A stretch of DNA of 27,320 nt from a virus (Duplodnaviria; Caudoviricetes). The notes beneath the pieces were generated by a model. That model ran no database searches, had not been told where the DNA came from, and was given only the letters and a program-made list of their open reading frames with translations. Each line of letters starts with the position of its first letter. The first letter of the stretch is position 1. The DNA is taken from positions 1 through 27,320 of the IMG/VR virus record IMGVR_UViG_3300033512_000306; one strand, 5' to 3'. This document shows positions 1 to 7,310 of the stretch, one piece after another. The translations under genes and the position numbers were made by a program.

Positions 1-26
1 AAAAAAAATATAAAAAAATTAAGAAA

Positions 27-128
27 TGTTTTGAGGATAAGAGAGGCGAAGCCGAACATTCCGAAAAACACTACATTCGATTCAGCCTGGAAGCAAGCGA
101 AGCGAAGCTGAACAGGATTAATCGAATG
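27..128. other. Structured non-coding region with two stem modules each containing a GCGAAGC mini-hairpin (candidate origin/ssDNA signal)
   Basis: TGTTTT(27-32)/AAAACA(65-70) enclosing GGC-GAA-GCC (45-53); CATTCGATT(74-82)/AATCGAATG(120-128) and CCTG(86-89)/CAGG(113-116) enclosing AGC-GAA-GCT (101-109); preceded by A-tract. Confidence 0.5.
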
Positions 129-151
129 GCAAAACAAAATGAGGAAAAACT

Positions 152-631
152 ATGAAATTCTCTGACATGAATAAAGAATTAGGATTCCTGAATCTTAATA
201 AAAAAGAAAAAGGAATAATTCCTTATTCCTATAAAATGTTCTGTGATGGAGGAAGTAGGAATGAAGGAGCAGCTATTGGAATAATAGTATATGATAAAGA
301 TGATAATATTTCCTTATCACATTATGAATTTATAGGAATAGGAACTTGTAATATAGCTGAATACATATCCTTATATACAGGAATAAAGTTATTAAAGGAA
401 AAAAGTATAAAGGATGTCAATATCTTCATGGATAGTGAACTTGTTGTGAAACAAATGAACAAGAAATGGAAATGTCATAATGAAAACATTGCTAAATTAA
501 ATAAAATGACCTTATCCTTACTAAATGGAATGAAATGGACTATATCCTGGATTCCAAGAGAAAAGAATAAGGAAGCTGATATTCTGGTCAATCTTGCTTT
601 TAAAGAAAGGAATCAACATGAAGATTATTAA
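152..631 (+). CDS. rnhA: Ribonuclease HI (archaeal/actinobacterial-type RNase HI-like)
   Basis: Motifs FCDGGSRN, TCNIAEY, MDSELVVKQM, WIPREKNKEAD give the D-E-D-D catalytic set; GAGG RBS upstream. Confidence 0.9.
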   Translation: MKFSDMNKELGFLNLNKKEKGIIPYSYKMFCDGGSRNEGAAIGIIVYDKDDNISLSHYEFIGIGTCNIAEYISLYTGIKLLKEKSIKDVNIFMDSELVVKQMNKKWKCHNENIAKLNKMTLSLLNGMKWTISWIPREKNKEADILVNLAFKERNQHEDY

Positions 632-1412
632 AAGGAAGAAGATTGTTGTTCCTGAAACTGTAACAGATAAATTCAAAGAAGGATTTAAAGAACTTAACAA
701 TAAGTTAAGAGTTAAGGAAGAGGATATACTTGAGAAAATTAAGAAATCCAAGATATGGCCTATTGTTGAATCCTTCTACATTATTAATCCTGTTAAAAAT
801 GGAACTAAGGAATTTTGGAAAACAAAATCCTTTAATAAAGGCTTAACTCTTACACGAAAAGCACTTAGAGGAACTTTGTTCAATGATACAGAGTTCAAGG
901 CTTATAAGGATAGAAAGTTTACAGTGGAAGAAATACTTGAAAGTATCGACACTCATAAACTTGCTCTTAATCCTGAATACAAACCTGTTGATAAGAAATA
1001 CTTGAAGATATCCTTAGAACAGTTTTTGTATAGCCCATACTCCACTTCTATTGGAAAGTCATTCTTCCTGTATTGGATGACTAATAGGCCAGCTATGATA
1101 TTGCAACAGATCAATGATGAATATCCTGAAGTAACCAAGGAAATCATTCGTATGTTTGGATTTGCAAACCTTGACAATAAGGATATCAACCAGATAATTA
1201 AAGGAGTTGCATTATTCGAATCTGTCCTTTCTAAAGAAAAAATATCTCCTGTTCATCGTATTACTCCTCAACTTCATGCTAAAATCCTCCATGATATCAT
1301 TGTCACCATCTTTTCCTTCGTAGATGTAGAAATTCAACCAAGAAACTTTGTTTCACCCAAAATGGAATCCTGGATTATAAAAGGATTAAAAGATTCTCCA
1401 TACATTGTATAA
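618..1412 (+). CDS. Hypothetical protein (upstream of helicase; possible initiator/loader)
   Basis: Long ORF; ATG 618 with AAGG RBS preferred over track start 594; no recognised motif. Confidence 0.7.
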   Translation: MKIIKRKKIVVPETVTDKFKEGFKELNNKLRVKEEDILEKIKKSKIWPIVESFYIINPVKNGTKEFWKTKSFNKGLTLTRKALRGTLFNDTEFKAYKDRKFTVEEILESIDTHKLALNPEYKPVDKKYLKISLEQFLYSPYSTSIGKSFFLYWMTNRPAMILQQINDEYPEVTKEIIRMFGFANLDNKDINQIIKGVALFESVLSKEKISPVHRITPQLHAKILHDIIVTIFSFVDVEIQPRNFVSPKMESWIIKGLKDSPYIV

Positions 1413-1421
1413 GGAGCAATT

Positions 1422-1685
1422 ATGTGTATGTTCTGCTGCGAACATAATGAAGGTTCATCCTGTTTCTATAAAAGAGTGTTTCATCGTTGTACTAATAGGA
1501 TGGAATTTATCGAATACACAACTAACTATGGATTCATAATGCCAGGAGTCATGACCACAAATGGAATTGCTATTCTCATTTATAATAGTTTGTCTGATGT
1601 TGATAAAATGGAATTCCTCGAATATGTGAAGGAAACTATAAGTAAGGATAAATATGAAATCTTTGAAAGATTAGTAAGGGATTAA
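1422..1685 (+). CDS. Hypothetical protein, Cys-rich N terminus
   Basis: AAGGAG RBS, packed between neighbours. Confidence 0.65.
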   Translation: MCMFCCEHNEGSSCFYKRVFHRCTNRMEFIEYTTNYGFIMPGVMTTNGIAILIYNSLSDVDKMEFLEYVKETISKDKYEIFERLVRD

Positions 1686-1686
1686 T

Positions 1687-4422
1687 ATGGAATTCAAAAG
1701 AATTAACATTAATAGTTCCTTAGAGAAACGAATACTGACAGGAATGATTGTTTCCAAGGAGTTCATGGACAAAGTTCACAAAGCATACAACCATGAATAC
1801 ATCGAATCCAGCTATATCAGGAAAACAATCAAATGGGTTATGGATTATTATACTCGATACAATGATGTTCCTGGTGAATCAATCAAGGACATCTTCATAG
1901 CCAATAAGAAGAAATTGAAAGAGGAAGAATTTGAAATACTTGATACTTTGATTGATGACATCCTAACAGGATATACAGAAGGGAGTTTCAACAATGACTA
2001 CATCACCGATCAAGCACTCAACTTTTTCAAAACCAGAGAACTTAGTATCACCGCAAACAATATTCGCTATTACCTTGATAGAGGAGAAATTGTTGAAGCA
2101 GAAAGGGAAATTGAAACCTACACCAGGATCACCAAACCTAATCTTGAGATTAATGGATTTATTGCGTCAGAAGATGCAATGAATCAAACCTTCGAGAATG
2201 AGGATGAAATAAGTCTATTGAACCTTCCTAAATCCTTAGGAAAGTTTATGGGTACATTTCAAAGAGAATGGCTTGTAGGAATATCAGCACCGTTTAAAAA
2301 AGGCAAGTGCCTAAATTCATTGGATAAAATTTTATTATCAAATGGACAAGTAAAAACAGTTGAACATATTGTCCGAAATAAATTAACAGATATTGTGACA
2401 TATAATGAATCTACAGGACAATTTCAGAAAGGACAAATAATTGATTGGTATAATAATGGAGAAAAGGAAGTATTTTGTGTTAAAACAAGAACTGGTCGTG
2501 AAGTTAATATAACGTCTAACCATCCGTTATTGACTGAAAAAGGATGGATTGATTTATCAGAATTAAAAATTGATGATAGTATTGCTGTTCCAAAAATTTT
2601 AAACTTCTTTGGTAATAAAATTGTTAAGGACTATAAAATAAAAGTTTTGGCTTATTTATTGGCTGATGGAGGAATAACCCAACAATATGCAACTACTTTT
2701 ACAAAAAATGAGGATATTATACGAGAAGATTTTGTTGATTCAATTATTAAATTTGGGGATAAATGTTCTATTTTATGTGAAACCAAAGTAGTAACTTTGG
2801 GTGTTGTGGGTGGAAATGTAAATCAATGGTTAAAAAAAATAGGAGTTGATCGAACTAAATCTATTCACAAAGTAATTCCTGATATTGTTTTTGAATTACC
2901 AAAAGAAAGTTTATCCTTATTTCTCCAAACATTATTTACTTGTGATGGTAGTATTCATAAAACTAATAGTTCATATCAAATTTCCTATAGTTCAGGAAGT
3001 AAAGAACTTTTGTATCAAGTACATCATTTATTATTACGTTTTGGTATTATTTCTACTATTAGGTATAAATTAGGAAAATGTAAAGGAAAACGATTTCATC
3101 ATTGGATACTGGAATTGAAAAGTAAAGAATTTATTTTAAAATATTGTCAAGAAATTGGATTTCGTCCTGGAAGAAAAAAAGAAATAATGATTCAAGCAAT
3201 AGATTCAATTCAAAATCTTCCTAATAATAGAGGATTTTTAGATTTATTTTATGATTCAAAATCAATTCAAAAAGAATTTGAAAAAACTGAAGGAACAAAA
3301 TGGTGTAGATTGAAAGACACAATTAATTCTGCATTACATTCAAATGGAGGAATTACCAGATGTAAAATTCAACAAATGTATGAACAAACACAAAATCCTT
3401 ATTTTAAAAATCTTTTTGAATCAGAAATACTTTGGGATAAAATTATTTCTATTGAATCATTAGGATTAAAACAAACGTATGATCTTACTGTTAAAGATCA
3501 CCATAACTTTATTGCAAATGATGTATTGGTTCATAATACCTTTTTGCTTGGTGAGTTTACCAAAGCTGCGGCATTATCAGGATTGAAGGTGGCTTCCTTC
3601 AATCTTGAAATGAGTCTCCGAAACATGAGAAAAAGAACTTATATGTCCTTAACAGGAGCTTCAGAAGTAGAAGGAAGAACAATCTTTCCATGTTTTGATT
3701 GTGCCAGAAATCAATCTGATTCCTGTAATAAAGAAGAAAGGATGAATAGAGTTAGGATACCATCTGAATTCTCTGCTAAAACAAAATATAAGCCATGCAC
3801 ATATTGTAAGGATATGGATATGGATGATTATGAAATGGCTATCTGGCAAGAGATTATTGATGTTCCAAAACTGAATTACTATTTGGTTAAGGAACGAATC
3901 ACAGCTTTGAAGAAATTAGGAAAAGCATCAGTCTGGCTTGAATGTATGCCAAGATTTTCAGCTTCAGTTGAGGACATTGAAAGGAAATTAGACAATCTGG
4001 AATCCATTCATAATTTTGTTCCTGATGTTTTGTTAATCGATTATGCAGATATACTTAAATCAAATGATCCTGGTCTTAAAGGAGTTGAGAAAGAAGATGA
4101 TGTCTGGATGTCATTGGCAAGAATTGCTTCTGCCAGAAAGATGTTAGTGGTTGTTCCTACTCAGTTAAATAAAGAATCCTTGGATGCCAAACAAATTAAA
4201 ACTTCACATACTGCCAAGTGGGTAGGAAAATTAGGCCATGTGGATGCCATGTTTGCATTGAATCAAACTCCACCTGAAAAAGAGTTAGGATTAATGCGGA
4301 TATCAATCCTGGAACACAGACATAAGGATTTCAATGAAACAGAGAATTGTTATGTATTACAAAAGTTCTCAAGCGGGAGCGCACATTTAGACAGCTATTG
4401 GAAGGATAAAAAATCATTATGA
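1687..4422 (+). CDS. dnaB: Replicative DNA helicase (DnaB/T4 gp41-like, SF4), intein-containing; ~501 aa after splicing
   Basis: Spliced Walker A SAPFKKGK|T, FNLEMS, Walker B LLIDYADIL, PTQLNK; gp41-like N-terminal domain. Confidence 0.88.
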   Translation: MEFKRININSSLEKRILTGMIVSKEFMDKVHKAYNHEYIESSYIRKTIKWVMDYYTRYNDVPGESIKDIFIANKKKLKEEEFEILDTLIDDILTGYTEGSFNNDYITDQALNFFKTRELSITANNIRYYLDRGEIVEAEREIETYTRITKPNLEINGFIASEDAMNQTFENEDEISLLNLPKSLGKFMGTFQREWLVGISAPFKKGKCLNSLDKILLSNGQVKTVEHIVRNKLTDIVTYNESTGQFQKGQIIDWYNNGEKEVFCVKTRTGREVNITSNHPLLTEKGWIDLSELKIDDSIAVPKILNFFGNKIVKDYKIKVLAYLLADGGITQQYATTFTKNEDIIREDFVDSIIKFGDKCSILCETKVVTLGVVGGNVNQWLKKIGVDRTKSIHKVIPDIVFELPKESLSLFLQTLFTCDGSIHKTNSSYQISYSSGSKELLYQVHHLLLRFGIISTIRYKLGKCKGKRFHHWILELKSKEFILKYCQEIGFRPGRKKEIMIQAIDSIQNLPNNRGFLDLFYDSKSIQKEFEKTEGTKWCRLKDTINSALHSNGGITRCKIQQMYEQTQNPYFKNLFESEILWDKIISIESLGLKQTYDLTVKDHHNFIANDVLVHNTFLLGEFTKAAALSGLKVASFNLEMSLRNMRKRTYMSLTGASEVEGRTIFPCFDCARNQSDSCNKEERMNRVRIPSEFSAKTKYKPCTYCKDMDMDDYEMAIWQEIIDVPKLNYYLVKERITALKKLGKASVWLECMPRFSASVEDIERKLDNLESIHNFVPDVLLIDYADILKSNDPGLKGVEKEDDVWMSLARIASARKMLVVVPTQLNKESLDAKQIKTSHTAKWVGKLGHVDAMFALNQTPPEKELGLMRISILEHRHKDFNETENCYVLQKFSSGSAHLDSYWKDKKSL
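2308..3537 (+). mobile_element. Intein (410 aa) with LAGLIDADG homing endonuclease in helicase P-loop
   Basis: Starts CLNSLDKILLSNG, block B ITSNHPLLT, LAGLIDADG-like VLAYLLADGG and FLQTLFTCDGS, ends TYDLTVKDHHNFIANDVLVHN followed by Thr nucleophile. Confidence 0.95.
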
Positions 4423-4982
4423 AAATCACAAAAAGAAAAACCAAACGAAAAGGCCCACATCCTTTTATGAAAAGGATTGGTTCAATGTATTACAAAAGTA
4501 GATTTGATATTCCTAAAGTGACAGCAGCTTGTATCAATACCGATTTCTGTGAGAATTACGATGAAATCAAAACCCTGGCTATTCGTCAAAAAATTGTGCA
4601 CAAGCGTATATGCCTATTCGGAGATGCAAAGTATCCCCCATTGCCTTTTCCAATTTTCCGGTACTATCTGAATTATAATAAGGATAACTTCATTGGGGAA
4701 GAATTGATGGGCATTTACGGCGAAAATGCCTATCTTACATTTCATTTAGACTACCCTGAAGATTTCGAAAAGTACAAACACATCATGCACCGATCAGTCT
4801 ATTTGGGCAGTATGGCACACATCTTATTGATATGCCGGAATGAAGCTGTCTTACCCCGAAAACAAGCTGCACAAGAGGCTATAACCGACTATAACATCAT
4901 TGTTTTGAAAGATACCAATACGTTTTTGCCACATCATGACAAACTTAAAACATTCATTCAAAATATTCCGAAAAAAATATGA
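4419..4982 (+). CDS. Hypothetical protein
   Basis: ATGA overlap with helicase stop; 187 aa; basic N terminus. Confidence 0.7.
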   Translation: MKITKRKTKRKGPHPFMKRIGSMYYKSRFDIPKVTAACINTDFCENYDEIKTLAIRQKIVHKRICLFGDAKYPPLPFPIFRYYLNYNKDNFIGEELMGIYGENAYLTFHLDYPEDFEKYKHIMHRSVYLGSMAHILLICRNEAVLPRKQAAQEAITDYNIIVLKDTNTFLPHHDKLKTFIQNIPKKI

Positions 4983-4985
4983 AAA

Positions 4986-5029
4986 AATTGTTTGAAATAA
5001 GAATGAATTCCTGTATAATGTTTTTGAAA
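4986..5029 (+). promoter_or_regulatory. Conserved sigma70-like phage promoter, copy 1
   Basis: TTGAAA(4992-4997)-16 nt-TATAAT(5014-5019); 36/44 nt identical to 12597-12640. Confidence 0.8.
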
Positions 5030-5083
5030 GATGAGATTCAACCATTTCGGTGAATGAAATAAAAACTTAAAAGGAGCTACAAA

Positions 5084-6208
5084 ATGAAAGCAATTACAGA
5101 AATCGACGCCAAAGAATTGAAAGCCGTAACCAAAGAACTGAATGACTCCGGACTGATCAAAAAGAAAATCAAGATCGTAGGAGCCAAGGTTGAACAAATC
5201 CTCACAGATTTTTCCGAAGCTATCGAAGCACTTCCTGAAGATGCAGACATTCCTGCCAGCATTGCCACATTCTACAATGACCTTTATGCGGATGAAATCG
5301 ATGACACCGAAACTAATGAGGATGCAGATGGTGATGAGATGGAAGGTGATGAACAGGATGAGTCGGATGAGGAATCGGATGCAGATGAATCAGACGATGA
5401 TCAGGATGATTCGGATGGAGAGGATGATGAATCCGACGATGACGATACGGATGAGGATGATGCTGACGATGATGATGATCAGGATGAGGATGATTCTGAT
5501 GGTATCGAAGATTCAGATGATTCTACTCCTGAATCTGCAACTCCTCCTGTAAAAGCTGAGAAAAAAGAACCGAAACCGAAGGCTGAGAAAAAAGAACCGA
5601 AACAGGACATCAAAAAGAAACCGACACTTTTTGAAAAGAAAAGGGCTGAAGTCAATCCCAAACTGTCTCTGAAAGACAAAGTGAAGAACATCCTGAATTT
5701 CGGTGGTGGCAAGTTCAAACAAACAACGTACTTCCCACTTGATTGCGAAACTATTCGGCAGTTGGAAACCAATGTGGGGATGTATCCTTCTGAGATTTAC
5801 GATGCGATCAAATTGGATAAAAAAGGAGTAAAACGAATTGAGAAATTTACTCCTGAATGTGCTATCCGTGAAATCAACAAGATCAAATCAGCTTACTCCT
5901 ACATTGTTGGCGCAATCAAGGATGAAAAAGCTGGTTCCAAATTCTACCACATCATGAAGAATCTGGTGGATGGTAAGGACATTCCAAAAGAAGTGGCACA
6001 TATCAGCACAATTAAAGTTGCTCGACGTGCCCTGATTGCATATCTGGATGTCACCGGAGTTGATTATTCGACGCTGAAAGATGCACGAAAGGAACTGGTT
6101 GCCGCTTCATCCAAAGCTGAAAAACCGGCTGTAATCGAAAAACCAAAAGCTGAGAAGAAAGCAACGGTAGTTAAGGAAGAAGGTAAGAAATCCTCAAAAA
6201 AGAAATAA
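5084..6208 (+). CDS. Hypothetical protein with ~80-aa Asp/Glu tract and Lys-rich repeats
   Basis: AAGGAG RBS, own promoter and terminator; DEIDDTETNEDADGDE...SDDS tract; KAEKKEPKP repeats. Confidence 0.85.
   Translation: MKAITEIDAKELKAVTKELNDSGLIKKKIKIVGAKVEQILTDFSEAIEALPEDADIPASIATFYNDLYADEIDDTETNEDADGDEMEGDEQDESDEESDADESDDDQDDSDGEDDESDDDDTDEDDADDDDDQDEDDSDGIEDSDDSTPESATPPVKAEKKEPKPKAEKKEPKQDIKKKPTLFEKKRAEVNPKLSLKDKVKNILNFGGGKFKQTTYFPLDCETIRQLETNVGMYPSEIYDAIKLDKKGVKRIEKFTPECAIREINKIKSAYSYIVGAIKDEKAGSKFYHIMKNLVDGKDIPKEVAHISTIKVARRALIAYLDVTGVDYSTLKDARKELVAASSKAEKPAVIEKPKAEKKATVVKEEGKKSSKKK
5555..5603 (+). repeat. Coding tandem repeat, period 27 nt (GCTGAGAAAAAAGAACCGAAAC x2)
   Basis: Copies at 5555-5576 and 5582-5603 encode AEKKEPK. 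Confidence 0.85.
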
Positions 6209-6217
6209 CTCAAATCG

Positions 6218-6252
6218 AAAATAGGGATTGATTCACTTCAATCCCTATTTTT
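6218..6252 (+). terminator. Rho-independent terminator
   Basis: AAAATAGGGATTGA-TTCACT-TCAATCCCTATTTT perfect 14-bp stem ending in T run, right after stop at 6208. Confidence 0.85.
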
Positions 6253-6266
6253 GTCTAAGGAGCCTT

Positions 6267-7310
6267 ATGGAATTTAATAGATCGGAACTACAAGCGCAAT
6301 TAGAACTTATGAAATCTTGCTCCTCTACACCTGTAAATGAGGACGCTTCGAACAAGATACTTTTCACAGAAGAAGGAATTATCAACAATTCAAGAGGAAG
6401 ATTAGTCACATTCCTGCAAGGTTCTTATGACTTTGATGGACAGTTTCTCATTGATAATCTTCTTAACATTGTGAAAAACATCTCAGGAGAAACAATTGAA
6501 TTGTCAATGGAGAAAGAAGGTGATCTGAAGATTTCCTCAGGAAAAACCAAAATAACTTTGAAGTCAGATGAACTTCCTGAAGAAGGACCAACTTCTGTAC
6601 GCTACATGCAAGAAACAATTTCTGGTTTAATTCAGGATAAGAAATTTACCAAACTGCCAACCAATTTCATTGATGGTATTGGTAAAGTCCTTCGATGTGC
6701 GTCCACTGATAAGAATCACAACTTCCTGTGTAACATCAATGTCCAAGGAAGTGATCTGATTGCATCAGATAACTTCAAGATAGGACATTATGTTCTGGAT
6801 AAAGAGTTTCCAGTTAAATTCCTCATTGACACATACAATATCCAGCCGATTGTTTCATTTGCGCCAAAATCCTATCACTTGTTAGGGGATAAAATCATTT
6901 TCAAAAGAGGTCAGGATTACCAAATCTGTGTCATTAGTAAAGAAGATTATCCTGATTTTATGGAAGTGCTTTCACATAAATCCAAATATGAGATCGAACT
7001 TCCTGAAGGCATTAAAGGAGCTTTGTATTTGGCACAACAAATTCCAGGCAAAGATATTGATCGTCAGGTAATCTTGAAACAGGAAAAGTTCAAACTGACT
7101 TTATCTTGTAAAGCACAAACAGGTTGGTTCAGACAGAATTTTCCAATGAAGAAGCAACAGGATATATCATTTGCTATGAACCTGAATGTTCTCACTGAAC
7201 TTGTTTCCGATCTTGGAACTTCAATTGAGATTCAGGAAACTGATACTGGAAAGATTTCCAAGGATGGATTTACCTTTTTGTTCCCTATTGGAATAGGAGA
7301 ATGGTCATGA
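6267..7310 (+). CDS. Sliding clamp, DNA polymerase III beta-like
   Basis: ~347 aa; CASTDKNHNFLCNINVQGSDLIASDNFKI resembles beta-clamp domain II (ASTD...ATDGHRL); directly upstream of polymerase; ATG 6267 with AAGGAG RBS. Confidence 0.7.
   Translation: MEFNRSELQAQLELMKSCSSTPVNEDASNKILFTEEGIINNSRGRLVTFLQGSYDFDGQFLIDNLLNIVKNISGETIELSMEKEGDLKISSGKTKITLKSDELPEEGPTSVRYMQETISGLIQDKKFTKLPTNFIDGIGKVLRCASTDKNHNFLCNINVQGSDLIASDNFKIGHYVLDKEFPVKFLIDTYNIQPIVSFAPKSYHLLGDKIIFKRGQDYQICVISKEDYPDFMEVLSHKSKYEIELPEGIKGALYLAQQIPGKDIDRQVILKQEKFKLTLSCKAQTGWFRQNFPMKKQQDISFAMNLNVLTELVSDLGTSIEIQETDTGKISKDGFTFLFPIGIGEWS

Noticed and set aside
35-62. Hammerhead-ribozyme-like look (…AAGAGA-GGCGAAGCC-GAAC…)
   Set aside because: Lacks the CUGANGA and GAAA core and a proper three-stem junction
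5072-5083. AGGAGCTACAAA repeated at 21342-21353
   Set aside because: 12-mer built on a Shine-Dalgarno-like core; likely chance
5290-5520. GATGA-rich repeats, incl. GATCAGGATGATTC shared with 14273-14286, as CRISPR/tandem array or DGR repeat
   Set aside because: Low-complexity Asp/Glu coding; no fixed repeat-spacer period, no cas or RT gene
5190-5552. Met-rich alternative-frame ORF (also 14235-14594) and antisense ORFs over acidic tracts
   Set aside because: Artefacts of GAT/GAA repeats read out of frame; no RBS
6228-6266. ORF-track start of the clamp gene
   Set aside because: Falls inside the terminator hairpin; ATG 6267 has the RBS. Similar over-extended starts corrected at 594, 14612, 14745, 18298, 19885, 20484, 20972, 23471, 25309
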